DNA of 64,000 nt from Nannocystis bainbridge (GCF_028368995.1 NZ_JAQNDL010000003.1:1664001-1728000); one strand, 5' to 3'; shown: positions 1-10,025, counted from the stretch's first letter. Program-made: numbers and translations. The notes: a model not told the origin generated them from the sequence alone.

Positions 1-477
1 CACCCCGTCCTCGCCGCACACCGGCGCGTACTCGTCGCCGCAGCCGCAGTACTCCGGCTGGATGCGCGCGCACTCCTCCGCGGTCAGGCCGCTCCCGGCG
101 ATCCACCCCGTCAGCGCGGGATGCGTCATGCCGAGCAGGCGGGCGTTGTTCTCGCGCTCGGCGATCTCGCTGGCCACCGCGGCGAAGCCTGACTCGATGA
201 CCAGGTGACCGACCGCGCAAGCGACCCCGTCCTCGTCGATGAAGAACGGCACGCGCTCGCCCATGAACTCCGGGTTCTTCGGGAACAGCCCGGCCACGCG
301 ATACGTGTGCAGTCGGTCGAGGTTGCGCGCCCGCTCGGCTCGCAGCGCGGGCGGCAGGTGCGACGCATCGCGCGCCCGCAGCTCCGTCTCGACCGTCTCC
401 AGGTGTCTCTGAATACGGGCCCGGTCGGCGTCGACCTGGCCCACCAATTCCATCGCCAACAAGCAAAATCCAAGCAT
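1..477 (-). CDS. Secreted protein with Kazal-type domain (runs off window start)
   Basis: Not in ORF track. Manual translation from ATG at 477: MLGFCLLAMELVGQVDADRARIQRHL...ECARIQPEYCGCGDEYAPVCGEDGV; C-x3-Y-x-PVCG-x-DG is the start of a Kazal motif. Confidence 0.7.
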   Translation of the reverse strand, partial: MLGFCLLAMELVGQVDADRARIQRHLETVETELRARDASHLPPALRAERARNLDRLHTYRVAGLFPKNPEFMGERVPFFIDEDGVACAVGHLVIESGFAAVASEIAERENNARLLGMTHPALTGWIAGSGLTAEECARIQPEYCGCGDEYAPVCGEDGV

Positions 478-508
478 GCTTGCAGGGAAGCACCGCGGAC
501 CGGTCGCG

Positions 509-2692
509 TCAAGGCGACGGCGCGCCGGCCCCCGCGAGCGCGGCCTCGGTGGCGCGCAGCAGCGGCTCGGCGGCCACCGGCGCACCGGTCGCTTGCGTCA
601 TCCATAGATCCGGCGTCAGCGTCCCGAGCGAGGCCATGCGCTCGAACTCCGGGCCGAGCTTGCCCGTCTTGTGGATGTGCTCCTCGATCTGGAACGCGAT
701 CAGGTGACCCAGCGGATAATCGGCGAGGTACAGCGGGTACGAGATCATGTGGCTGTAGATGCCGAGCAATGGCGTGCCCGGGCTGCCGAGCACCGGCGCG
801 TAATAGCGGTCCCACGTGTCCTGGGCGATCTTCACGGTCGCCTCGCGCAGCTCGGCCGCGGTCGCCTCGGGGTGGTCGTACATCCAGTGCCAGGTGGCGA
901 CGTCGACCAGGGCCACGCCGGCGATCTCGAAGGTCGCCCAGAAATCGGCCAGCACCCGCTCGCGCTCGCTCGCCGCGTCGGGCTCGCCGACGCCGAGCAG
1001 CTCCAGGTCGCGGGCCTGGAACACGAACGCCAGCGCCTCGGTGAACGCGCTGTTGGGCACGCCGGCGAGCAGCGTGTGATCGACGCCGTACAGCGAGAAC
1101 ACCTGCTCGACGTTGTGGCCGAGCTCGTGCACGGCGATGTTGTAGCCCTTGTAGTCCATGCCATCGGCGCCGACGCGGGTGCGCAGGTGCGGGAAATCGC
1201 CGCGCCGCAGCGACTGCAGCGCGTGCCCGGCCCCGCGCGACGGATCGACGAGGATGCGCTCGGCCAGGAACTTCGCCTTCGCCGGCGCGAACCCGAGGCC
1301 CTGCAGCAGCCGCGGCATGTCGCGCGCGAACGCGTCGGCCGTCGGATAGCGGGCCTTCGTACGCCGGTCGAGCTCGGCCTCGGCGTGGGCCGCGTTGCCG
1401 CGGAAGCCAGCGTACCACAGGTCCTGCGGCCCGAGCTCGCGACCGAGGCGCTGGCGCATCAGCGCGGCCGTGCGGCCCACCAGCGGCGATGTCAGCACCT
1501 GCTCGAGCAACGCCTTGACGCGCGCCTCCGGCAGCTCGCGCGCGATCTCGAAGCTGCGGGCGATCGCCGTCGGGGCGATCGGCACATACCTGTCCTCCTG
1601 GCGCGCCGCGTGGAAGTTGGCCAGCAACTTGCGGTAGCGGACATCGTCCTCGCGCGCGCCGTCGACGACGACCTCGCGCGGCGGCGCGTCGGCCTCGACC
1701 TCGCTCGCGGGCGCGGCCGTCACCGCGTTGGTGAACGGGTCCCAGTCGACCCGCGGGTTGTCGATCACCGCCGCCGGGATCGTCTGGGTCACGATCCGCT
1801 CCATCACCTTGACGATCATCCGCTGCTTCTTCAGCCCGTCGGGGTCGGCGTAGCGGCCCTTGAGCTCGTCGCGCAGGTTCCAGTGGCTGATGAGGCGCAG
1901 GCCGGACGGGAAAAGGCGCGCACCTGTCTCATCGACCAGGTGGTGCATCCAGATGTTGTACTGCGAGATGTAGAGGTCGGCGTCGGCGGTCGCGCGCGTC
2001 ACCGCCTGGCGCACCTCGGCCGGCACGCGGCGGCCGAAGCGAGCCCCGAGGCGGGCCTCGGCCCACTCCTGCCGGCTGTACTTCGGGCCATGTTCGCTGC
2101 GCTCCGCCAGAGTCGTCAGCGGGAAGTTGAGCAGGACCACGAAGCCGACCCTGCTCTGGAACAGGTCCTCGGTGACGTGGGCGAACGGGTCGTAGGTGGC
2201 GAACAGCGGATCGATCGCCAGCAGGGGGCCGTCCTCGACGTCGCTGGCGCGCCGGACCTCGCGGCCGACCTCGTGGGTGTGGCCGTCGATCTGCTCGAAC
2301 ACCGACTCGAGGCGGGCGAACGTGGCCGCCAGCTGGACCGGATCGCTGATGAATTGCTCGCGCACGAACGCCGCCAGGTCGCCGTCCTCCGGCCGCCACA
2401 GCGCCGCGACCTGCGACAGGCCGCGATCGATGCGGGCGCGCTGGCCCTCGCCGTGGCCGCGCAGCAGTTCGGAACCGAGGGCCGTAAGGTCGGGCGGGGT
2501 CATCGGCGGACTCTCCGGCGTCGCGGGGCTCACGGCCGGCACCGCGGCGACGGGCGTCGGTGCGGCGGTCGTCGGTGCAGAGGTCGTCGCTGGCGGCGGA
2601 CCCGCCGCGGGCCCGCGGTCACACGCGAGCGCGAGCACGAACGGGGCGAGGGACCGGAGGTTGCGGCGACGAAAGCTTGCAGGCGCGGACAC
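509..2692 (-). CDS. Lipoprotein, putative gluzincin-type zinc metallopeptidase
   Basis: Lipobox LALAC, Pro/Thr linker, HELGH (HExxH) followed about 25 residues later by NSAFTEALAF. Confidence 0.7.
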   Translation of the reverse strand: MSAPASFRRRNLRSLAPFVLALACDRGPAAGPPPATTSAPTTAAPTPVAAVPAVSPATPESPPMTPPDLTALGSELLRGHGEGQRARIDRGLSQVAALWRPEDGDLAAFVREQFISDPVQLAATFARLESVFEQIDGHTHEVGREVRRASDVEDGPLLAIDPLFATYDPFAHVTEDLFQSRVGFVVLLNFPLTTLAERSEHGPKYSRQEWAEARLGARFGRRVPAEVRQAVTRATADADLYISQYNIWMHHLVDETGARLFPSGLRLISHWNLRDELKGRYADPDGLKKQRMIVKVMERIVTQTIPAAVIDNPRVDWDPFTNAVTAAPASEVEADAPPREVVVDGAREDDVRYRKLLANFHAARQEDRYVPIAPTAIARSFEIARELPEARVKALLEQVLTSPLVGRTAALMRQRLGRELGPQDLWYAGFRGNAAHAEAELDRRTKARYPTADAFARDMPRLLQGLGFAPAKAKFLAERILVDPSRGAGHALQSLRRGDFPHLRTRVGADGMDYKGYNIAVHELGHNVEQVFSLYGVDHTLLAGVPNSAFTEALAFVFQARDLELLGVGEPDAASERERVLADFWATFEIAGVALVDVATWHWMYDHPEATAAELREATVKIAQDTWDRYYAPVLGSPGTPLLGIYSHMISYPLYLADYPLGHLIAFQIEEHIHKTGKLGPEFERMASLGTLTPDLWMTQATGAPVAAEPLLRATEAALAGAGAPSP

Positions 2693-2826
2693 GACCGGAC
2701 GAGTGTATCTGGACCCGCCGGGAGCGCGCCTGTCCGAAGAGACATCTGCAGCCGGCGGCGCCGGCGAGCTCGACGATGCGAGACGGCGATGGCACTGCGT
2801 TCACCCCGGTGCCGGAGTCGCAACGC

Positions 2827-2866
2827 AAAAGGGGCCGGGCGGGCGCCAGACGCCCCGCACGGCCCC
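2827..2866 (-). terminator. Putative intrinsic terminator
   Basis: GGGGCCG...CGGCCCC hairpin with AAAA on its left (U-tract on minus strand), just downstream of the 2892..3305 gene. Confidence 0.6.
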
Positions 2867-2891
2867 GGGGGGCGCACCGCGAGCGCGTCGC

Positions 2892-3305
2892 TCAGGTGAC
2901 GACGTCGACCACCGCGCTGGCCTTGGGATGGCGGCCGGTGGCCTGCAGCTTGGCGGTGACGCGGTAGCGGCGGTGATTGGCCGTCGGCTCGAGGTCCTCG
3001 GGCAGGTGCAGCACCAGCGGCACCTGCAGGCGCTCGCCGGGGGCCAGCGAGCGGCCGAGCGGGATCGTCACGGCGGCGGCCTCGCGCCAGAAATCGAAGT
3101 CGCCGTGCCGGGGGTTGTCATAGATGAGGCGCTCCTCATCCAGCCGGAGCAGCACGCCCTCGAGGTTCACGTCATGCTCGCCGCCGACCAACTCCAGCGT
3201 CGCGCGGAGGTCCTCACCGGCGCGAACAGCGGCCTGGAGGTCGCGGAGGGCGATCCCCTCGCCGTTGCTGACGATCGCGTGCTTGATCCGTTCGATAAAA
3301 CTCAT
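2892..3305 (-). CDS. Spo0M/arrestin-fold-like protein
   Basis: MSFIERIKHAI...VRAGEDLRATLELVGGEHDVNLEGV...LAPGERLQVPLVLHLP resembles the Spo0M N-terminal pattern. Confidence 0.5.
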   Translation of the reverse strand: MSFIERIKHAIVSNGEGIALRDLQAAVRAGEDLRATLELVGGEHDVNLEGVLLRLDEERLIYDNPRHGDFDFWREAAAVTIPLGRSLAPGERLQVPLVLHLPEDLEPTANHRRYRVTAKLQATGRHPKASAVVDVVT

Positions 3306-3443
3306 GGGGCCCCATGGCTCTGTAGCACCGCATGATGCACCCTTCATCTGAACGAATCTTCGGGTATTTCTTATCGGTGGACGCTTCTCCTGATTCTTGC
3401 CATCACATCGCCCTCGCCGCCGATTAAGCCAGCTTCATTCTCG

Positions 3444-5018
3444 ATGCCACCATTGACTCCAGACAAGCAGCCCTGGCACGCGCACCTGGCCGCCGACATT
3501 CCGGCCTCGCTCGTCGTCTTCCTCGTGGCCTTGCCGCTGTGCCTGGGTATCGCCCTGGCGTCCGGAGCGCCGCTGCTCTCGGGCCTGTTCGCGGGGTTCG
3601 TCGGCGGCCTCGTCGTCGGCGCCCTCAGTGGTTCGCCGCTCAGCGTCAGCGGGCCGGCCGCCGGCCTCACCGTGGTCGTGGCCGCCGGCATCGCCGAGCT
3701 CGGCGCCTATCCGGTCTTCATCCTCGCGGTCGTGCTGGCCGGGGCGATGCAGCTCGTGTTCGGCATGCTGCGGGCCGGCGTGGTCGCCCACTTCGTCCCG
3801 GTCGCGGTGGTCCACGGCATGCTGGCGGCGATCGGCTGCATCCTGGTGCTCAAGCAGATCCCGCACGCGCTCGGCTACGACGTCGACTTCGAGGGCGACG
3901 AGAGCTTCGTCGGCCAGAGCGGCGGCAACACCTTCACCGACATCCTCGCCGCCGTGCAGCACGTCGAGCTCGGCGCCTTCATCGTCTTCTCCGCGGCGCT
4001 GGCGGCCCTGCTGCTGTGGCAGAAGGTCGGCCGCAAGCTGGTCGGCTCGTGGATGCCGCCGGCGCTGGCAGCGGTGGTCGTCGGCGCCGCCACCAACGAG
4101 CTGTTCCGCCACTACGCGCCCGGCCTGTACCTGACCGACGCCACCCACCTGGTCGCCATCCCCGACCTCAGCGGCCTCTACGGCATCCTGTTCGCGCTGC
4201 CGTTCCCCGACTTCTCGCGCATCGGCGACCCCGCGGTGTGGCGCATCGCCGCCACCATCGCCGTCATCGCCAGCGTCGAGTCGCTGCTGTCGGTCGGCGC
4301 CTCCGACAAGCTCGACCCGTTCCACCGCATCACCCCGACCGACCGCGAGCTCAAGGCCCAGGGCGCCGGCAACATCGTCTCCGGCCTGCTCGGCGGCCTG
4401 CCGATCACCGCCGTCATCGTCCGCTCCTCGGCCAACATCGACGCCGGCGCGCGCACCCGCGTGTCAGCGATCCTCCACGGCGTCCTGCTGCTGCTCAGCG
4501 TCCTGGTGCTGGCGCCGATCCTCAACCACATCCCGCTGTCGGCCCTGGCCGCGGTGCTGATCGTCATGGGCCTGCGGCTGGCCAGCGTGCGGGTGTTCCA
4601 CGAGCAGTTCCGCCGCGGCAAGAACCAGTTCGTGCCGTTCGTCGTCACCATCGCGGCGATCCTGCTGACCGACCTGCTGGTCGGGGTCGCCATCGGCGTC
4701 GGCGTCGGCGTCTTCTACGTCATCCGCGGCAACTTCAAGTCGGCGATCGTGGTCGCCCACGACGATCACGAGTACCTGATCCGGTTCGCCAAGGACGTCT
4801 CGTTCCTCAACAAGCCGGCGCTGCTGCGCGCCTTCTCGACCATCCCGAGCGGCGCCACCGTGCTCATCGACGGCACCAAGGCCCAGTTCATCGACCCGGA
4901 CATCGTCGACGCGATCGACGACTTCCTGCTGTCGGCCAAGGCCCGCAACATCACCGTGGAGCTGCGCCGCAGCGCCACCAGCCTCAACGTCCACTTCAAG
5001 CAAGAGGCCGCCGCATGA
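3444..5018 (+). CDS. SulP/SLC26 family anion (bicarbonate/sulfate) transporter
   Basis: DIPASLVVFLVALPLCLGIALASGAP, SVSGPAAGL, ELKAQGAGN, VIVRSSANI motifs; many TM helices. Confidence 0.95.
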   Translation: MPPLTPDKQPWHAHLAADIPASLVVFLVALPLCLGIALASGAPLLSGLFAGFVGGLVVGALSGSPLSVSGPAAGLTVVVAAGIAELGAYPVFILAVVLAGAMQLVFGMLRAGVVAHFVPVAVVHGMLAAIGCILVLKQIPHALGYDVDFEGDESFVGQSGGNTFTDILAAVQHVELGAFIVFSAALAALLLWQKVGRKLVGSWMPPALAAVVVGAATNELFRHYAPGLYLTDATHLVAIPDLSGLYGILFALPFPDFSRIGDPAVWRIAATIAVIASVESLLSVGASDKLDPFHRITPTDRELKAQGAGNIVSGLLGGLPITAVIVRSSANIDAGARTRVSAILHGVLLLLSVLVLAPILNHIPLSALAAVLIVMGLRLASVRVFHEQFRRGKNQFVPFVVTIAAILLTDLLVGVAIGVGVGVFYVIRGNFKSAIVVAHDDHEYLIRFAKDVSFLNKPALLRAFSTIPSGATVLIDGTKAQFIDPDIVDAIDDFLLSAKARNITVELRRSATSLNVHFKQEAAA

Positions 5019-5632
5019 ACCCCGCTCGTCGCCTGCTCCTCGCCAACAAGTCGTGGGCCCAGGAGCGCCGGTCCATCGACCCCGAGTTCTTCGCCCGCCT
5101 GGCCAACGGCCAGCAGCCCGAGTTCTTGTGGATCTCCTGCTCCGACAGCCGGGTCCCCGAGACCCAGCTGACCGTCACCGACGCCGGCGAGCTGTTCGTC
5201 CACCGCAACGTCGCCAACCTCGTGCGCGCCGACGACCGCAACGTCCTGTGCGTGCTGCAGTACGCGATCGAGGCCCTCAAGGTCCACCACGTCATCGTCT
5301 GCGGCCACTACGGCTGCGGCGGCGTCAAGGCGGCGATGACCGGGCCCCCGCCCGGCCGCCTCACCGAGTGGCTCGAGCCGGTCGCCGACATCTACCAGCG
5401 CCACCGCGCCGAGCTCGACCTGCTGCCCGAGGACGAGCGCTGGGCCAAGCTGGTCGAGCTCAACTCGGTCGCCCAGGTCAACCGCCTGGCCGAGACCGAC
5501 GTGATCCAGAACGCCTGGGCCCGCGGCCAGTACCCGTACCTGCACGCGTGGGTCTACTCGCTGCCCGACGGCCTGATCCAGCCGCTGCTGACCCTGAGCC
5601 CCAAGGGGCCGCAGGACCTGCTCGGCACGTAG
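5015..5632 (+). CDS. can: Beta-class carbonic anhydrase
   Basis: ATGA overlap with the SulP stop; CSDSRV, GELFVHRNVAN, VCGHYGCGG zinc-ligand motifs. Confidence 0.95.
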   Translation: MNPARRLLLANKSWAQERRSIDPEFFARLANGQQPEFLWISCSDSRVPETQLTVTDAGELFVHRNVANLVRADDRNVLCVLQYAIEALKVHHVIVCGHYGCGGVKAAMTGPPPGRLTEWLEPVADIYQRHRAELDLLPEDERWAKLVELNSVAQVNRLAETDVIQNAWARGQYPYLHAWVYSLPDGLIQPLLTLSPKGPQDLLGT

Positions 5633-5661
5633 ACGCGGCCGCCGGGCCGGCGACGATCCAA

Positions 5662-5707
5662 AATGTCTCTCGGGACATGCCTCTTCAGGCATGTCCCGAG
5701 AGATATC
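5662..5707. repeat. 14-bp-period palindromic array (TGTC-N6-GACA type)
   Basis: Cores AATG 5662, CATG 5676, CATG 5690; overall inverted repeat TCTCTCGGGACATGCCT-N4-AGGCATGTCCCGAGAGA. Confidence 0.85.
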
Positions 5708-5885
5708 ATGCCTCCCATGGGGTCGCCGGCACCCGTGATCTCGCGCCGTGAGGTCGCGGGCGGACGCGCGTCATCGGCGATCGACCGAGACGACGACGAT
5801 GTCATGACGGTCCTCATGACAGCGGCGCAATGTGGAGAAAATCCGCGATGAACCGGTGGAGCGGGCCGTGCACGGCGACGCCGCC

Positions 5886-6722
5886 ATGACGACCTGCGAC
5901 TCGATCCTCGCCACGACCATGACCCTGTGTGCCGCGCTCGCGCTCGCTTGCGGCCCCGGCACCAAAGAGACCGCGAGCGACGGCGACCCGTCGACCACGA
6001 GCACCACGGACGCGCTCACGACCGGCCCGACGACCACCGAGGCGACCGCCGCCACCGAGCCCGGCACCACCACCGTCGAGCCCGGGACCACCACCGAGGC
6101 CACCACCCTCGAGCCCGGCACCACCACCGAGGCCACCACCGACGAGCCCGTGATGGCCTGCGAGATCGACGCCTGCCTGACGCGCTTCACCTTCGATTGC
6201 GAGGACTTCAACCCCAGCGGCTGCGTCCCGCCCTGCGACTTCCGCGGCTGGGACTGCGGGCTCCCGCAGGCCTGCAAGCCGATCAAGCTGCAGAACACCC
6301 CGGACTCGCTGGAGCTGCTGACCCTCCACTCCCCGGTCGAGGACGCCGTGTGCGTGCTCCAGCAATTGCGCGATCGCGCCATCGGCCGCGTGACGATCGA
6401 GTGGGGCGACATCCAGGGCTTCGAGGCCGACGCGGCCGTCAGCGTGCTGGCGAACGTCGACATCGTCGGCGACGAGGGCGTGCTGATGACCTGGAGCTGG
6501 GACTACAAGGCCTGCTGCATCGACACCCTGGCCCAGTCGCAGCGGGTCCTGCTGCAGCCGCCGGCGTTCTTCGACGACTGCCTGGCCGACCCGACCCCCG
6601 AGAAGCTGACGGCGTGCCTCATCGGCGCGACGCCGACCCCGTACGAGCCGGCGCCCGACGACTACTTGCCGCCGTGGACCCTGGGCATGTGCGACGCGAC
6701 CCCGCCCGCCTGCCCCGCGTGA
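5886..6722 (+). CDS. Cys-rich lipoprotein with Thr-rich linker
   Basis: Lipobox LALAC, repeated EPGTTT linker, Cys-rich C-terminal domain. Confidence 0.75.
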   Translation: MTTCDSILATTMTLCAALALACGPGTKETASDGDPSTTSTTDALTTGPTTTEATAATEPGTTTVEPGTTTEATTLEPGTTTEATTDEPVMACEIDACLTRFTFDCEDFNPSGCVPPCDFRGWDCGLPQACKPIKLQNTPDSLELLTLHSPVEDAVCVLQQLRDRAIGRVTIEWGDIQGFEADAAVSVLANVDIVGDEGVLMTWSWDYKACCIDTLAQSQRVLLQPPAFFDDCLADPTPEKLTACLIGATPTPYEPAPDDYLPPWTLGMCDATPPACPA

Positions 6723-6905
6723 CCTCGTGAACCGGGCCGCGACGAGCGGCTGCCCGACCGTGTCGCCGCTCGCGGGCTCGCGTGCCCTCGTGAACCGGGC
6801 CGCGATGAGCGGGCAGCCCGACGGTGTCGCCGCTCGCCTGCCCCGCGTGACCTCGTGAACCGGGCCGCGACGAGCGGCTGCCCGTCAATGCAGCCGCTCG
6901 CGGGG
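6711..6905. repeat. Three tandem 63-65-bp hairpin-forming repeats
   Basis: CCTCGTGAACCGGGCCGCGAYGAGCGG at 6723, 6786 and 6851, each followed by the complementary GCCGCTCGC. Confidence 0.85.
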
Positions 6906-7226
6906 TCGCGGGTGCCGCGGCGCAGCGCCCCGTCGCAACCGCGACGCACAGGCGCTCGCCCGACGCGATGCTCCTGCGATCCAGGAGCGGCGCATGCCTC
7001 GAATCATAGGACCTCGCCGCCTGCCCTGGCGCAGGCGCTCCCGGCCCTCGCGGCTCCTGCGCGCCCACCCTTCGCCCCTGCGCCCGCGCGGCGTCGCTCG
7101 CTCGTCGCGGGCCGCGGGGGCCACTCACCGCCGCGAGAACGACGGTATCACCGCAGCTCGCCGGGCCTCGCCGCCCCCGGCCCCGGGCACGCGGGCGCGG
7201 CCCTGGTGATGCGATATCGTGGGGCG

Positions 7227-7862
7227 ATGTTCGCCTCGCTCGCCGCGCTCGTGGTCACGACCAGCACCCTCGCCGCCGAGCCGGCCCCGGCCGTCGCCGA
7301 CGACACCAGCGCGCCGAGCTACATGCAACCGATCTACGTCGACCCGCCGCCGGGCCACTACGACCCGCCGCCCGGCTTCTACGATCCACCGCCCGCCTAC
7401 TACGAATCCGACCCGCCCGGCGGTCCCCCCATTTATAAAGATCCGCCCGCCGGGTACTACGATCCGCCGCCTGGCTGGTACGACCCGCCGCCTGGCTACT
7501 ACCTCCCGCCCGCCGGCCTCCCCGCGCCGCTGCCGATCCCGAGCGAGCCGGTCGCGCTGCGCGACGACGCCTGGGACAAGTGGGCCCGGCGGCACGATCA
7601 GCTGCGCGGGCGCCAGATCGGCTGGGGCGTCGCCCTCGGCCTCAGCGTGCTCACTCTCGGCCTCGTCGCCGCCTTGCCTCCGTCCGACTGCCGTGATTGC
7701 GGCATCCTCGGCCGGCCCGTCTTCGGCATCGGCGCCGTCGTCCTCGGCAAGATCTCCCTCGTCTCGACCATCATCAACGGCGTCGCCCTCGCCCGCCACA
7801 ACCGCGACCGCCCCGGCGCCAGCCTGAGCCTCGGCCCCGGCTCCGTCCAGATCAGTTTTTAA
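7227..7862 (+). CDS. Secreted/membrane protein with DPPPGxY repeats
   Basis: Signal peptide, about 7 DPP(P/A)(G/A)xY repeats, two C-terminal TM helices, C-terminus SVQISF. Confidence 0.7.
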   Translation: MFASLAALVVTTSTLAAEPAPAVADDTSAPSYMQPIYVDPPPGHYDPPPGFYDPPPAYYESDPPGGPPIYKDPPAGYYDPPPGWYDPPPGYYLPPAGLPAPLPIPSEPVALRDDAWDKWARRHDQLRGRQIGWGVALGLSVLTLGLVAALPPSDCRDCGILGRPVFGIGAVVLGKISLVSTIINGVALARHNRDRPGASLSLGPGSVQISF

Positions 7863-7867
7863 AACTG

Positions 7868-7931
7868 GTCATGTCCCCTGGGACATGTCCTCATGAGCAT
7901 GACCGCATGAACATGCTCCTGCGGGCATGTC
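7868..7931. repeat. 14-bp-period palindromic array
   Basis: CATG at 7870, 7884, 7898, 7912, 7926. Confidence 0.9.
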
Positions 7932-7984
7932 CATCAAGGGCACCGCGCACGCATCGCCGGTGTCCCGACGCGGCCCCGGGCCGC

Positions 7985-9193
7985 TCACCAGGCCACCGGC
8001 GTCGGTCGCGGGCGATCGTCGAACCCGCCGTCGCCCACCCCGCCGTACGCGTTGCTGCCCCAGCACAGCACCTGCCCCTCGTCGGTGCGGGCGCACGCGT
8101 GCAGCTGCCCGACCACCACCTCGCTCGCCTCTGCCAGCGGCAGCATCGCCGGCGCCGCGCAGTACGGCTCCGGCGGCGCGCCTCGGGGCGACGGCGTCTC
8201 CGCCTCCACCACGTACTCGCGCGGCTCGCCGCACTCGGGCCACAGCGTGCGCTCCTCGCCCAATTCGCGGCCCCAGCCGCGAGCTGTGCCATCGGCCAGC
8301 ATCGCCGTCGTCCGGTACTGCCCGGCCGCCACGCGCTGCGCCTCGCCGAGGCCGACCACCCGCGCCGGCGGGCCCGCCGTCGCCGTGCCGCCGTCGCCGC
8401 GCTGCCCGAACGTATCACCGCCCCAGCACACGGCTGTCCCATCGGACAGCAGCGCGCACGCGTGATCGAAGCCAGCTGTCAGCGCCTGCGCCCCGGCGAT
8501 GCCCTCGACCTTGACCGGCGTCAGGTGCTCTCGTCCCGACGCGTCGCCGCACTGGCCGTACTCGTTCCAGCCCCAGCACAGCACCTCGCCCGCGGTCGTG
8601 CGCGCGCAGCTGAACGCATAACCGACCGCGACCTCCACCACCGACCCGAGCCGGGGCACCGCGCCCGACCCACTGGCGAACACCCGGCCGGCGAATACTC
8701 CGGCCGGCGCCCCGCGCCAGCCCTCGCCGCGGCACACCACGCCGCCGCCGCCCACCACCGCGCAGTCGTGATCGAGCCCCAGCGCCAGCTGCCGGACGTC
8801 GCGCCATTCGGCCACCGGCTGCGGCCGCGTGCGGATCGCCGGCGCCCCCTCCGCGAGCTCCTCCGGCGTCGCCCGGCCCCAACACCACACGCTGCCGTCG
8901 CCGAGCACCGCGCACGTGCGCTCGCCCTCCGCGACGATCTGGACCGCGTCGTTGATGCCGAGCGCCACCACCGGCCGCTCGCTCCGCGCCGCCGCCCCGT
9001 CGCCGAGCTGACCGCTCACGCCCATCCCCCAGCAACGGACCTGCCCGCCGCGCAGGCGCGCGCAGGTGTGAAACGAGCCCGCCGCCAGCTGCTCGACCAC
9101 GAACCCCGCGGGCCCCGGCGATGCGTCGCGCGGCTCGACCGGCGCGCGACCCCACCACGCCGGACCACACCCGACGAGCATCATCGCCACCAT
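7985..9193 (-). CDS. RCC1-repeat lipoprotein
   Basis: Lipobox LVGC; repeated HTCA/HACA...V.CWG.N.YGQ.G motifs. Confidence 0.9.
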   Translation of the reverse strand: MVAMMLVGCGPAWWGRAPVEPRDASPGPAGFVVEQLAAGSFHTCARLRGGQVRCWGMGVSGQLGDGAAARSERPVVALGINDAVQIVAEGERTCAVLGDGSVWCWGRATPEELAEGAPAIRTRPQPVAEWRDVRQLALGLDHDCAVVGGGGVVCRGEGWRGAPAGVFAGRVFASGSGAVPRLGSVVEVAVGYAFSCARTTAGEVLCWGWNEYGQCGDASGREHLTPVKVEGIAGAQALTAGFDHACALLSDGTAVCWGGDTFGQRGDGGTATAGPPARVVGLGEAQRVAAGQYRTTAMLADGTARGWGRELGEERTLWPECGEPREYVVEAETPSPRGAPPEPYCAAPAMLPLAEASEVVVGQLHACARTDEGQVLCWGSNAYGGVGDGGFDDRPRPTPVAW

Positions 9194-9274
9194 GGCCCAG
9201 GCCCAGCGCAAGCACGGCCAGCATACCCGATCTCGCGGCCCTGGCGCGCTCGCCCTCATGGTACAAGGCGCCCC

Positions 9275-9934
9275 GTGGACTCGCCGGCCGGACAGCTGCA
9301 ACGCGCGCGCGAGTGGGCCCGGACCCGCCTCGGCGACGGCTACGCGCAGGACCTCATCGACCAGGACACCCTCGACGAGCGCCTCGAGGCCGTCGAGCGC
9401 GCGACCACGGTCGCCGAGATCGACGCTCTGACCGCCGACCTGCGCCCGGTCGAATCGACCGCGCTGGTGCCCGCCGCCGCCGCCCTGGCCGTCCCTGCCG
9501 CCGGCTCCCGCCTGCGCGTCCTGTTCAGCTCGATCGATCGCACCGGCGCCTGGCACGTCCCCGCGCGCACCCACGTGCGGGTGGTGTTCGGCGACGCCAC
9601 CCTCGACCTGCGCCAGGCGGTCCTGCCCGGCGGCCCGATCGAGCTCGACATCCACCTCGTGTTCGGCAACCTCGAAGTCATCATCCCGCCCGGCTGGCAG
9701 CTCGACAACGACTGTGGCGCGATCCTCGGCTCTGTCGAACAGCTGAGCGGCCCGCCCCCGCCGGGCGGCTCGCGCCAGGTCCTGCGCCTGCGCGGCCGGG
9801 TGATCTTCAGCAGCCTGACGATCCACGAGCGCCTGCCCGGCGAGAACGCCGGCGGCGCCCGCAAGCGCCGCAAACGCGAGCTCAAGGCCCTGGCCGAGCG
9901 CAGCGCCCGCGCCCTGCCGGCCGGCGACGATTGA
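9275..9934 (+). CDS. DUF1707 (SHOCT-like) plus LiaF/DUF2154-like protein
   Basis: GTG start; LGDGYAQDLIDQDTLDERLE...EIDALTADL, then VFGDATLDLR and VFGNLEVIIPPG. Confidence 0.8.
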   Translation: MDSPAGQLQRAREWARTRLGDGYAQDLIDQDTLDERLEAVERATTVAEIDALTADLRPVESTALVPAAAALAVPAAGSRLRVLFSSIDRTGAWHVPARTHVRVVFGDATLDLRQAVLPGGPIELDIHLVFGNLEVIIPPGWQLDNDCGAILGSVEQLSGPPPPGGSRQVLRLRGRVIFSSLTIHERLPGENAGGARKRRKRELKALAERSARALPAGDD

Positions 9935-9935
9935 C

Positions 9936-10025
9936 GACATGCCTGTTCAGGCATGTCCGAAAGGGCATGCCGCCAAGGACATGCCTCTCGGAACATTATC
10001 ATTGGAGCATGTCCGATCGGCCATA
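9936..10025. repeat. 14-bp-period palindromic array (longest, 7 cores)
   Basis: CATG 9938, 9952, 9966, 9980, CATT 9994, CATG 10008, CATA 10022. Confidence 0.9.

Noticed and set aside
3444-5632. SulP plus carbonic anhydrase as a novel system
   Set aside because: Well-known gene pairing for bicarbonate handling.
6711-6905. Possible mini CRISPR array (about 64-bp period)
   Set aside because: The intervening segments resemble each other and pair with the repeat; only three units; no cas genes or AT-rich leader.
9936-10025. 14-bp arrays as CRISPR, terminators or p53-like sites
   Set aside because: Period is too short for CRISPR and there are no U-tracts. The match of GGACATGTCC to the p53 half-site has no supporting context in a bacterium.
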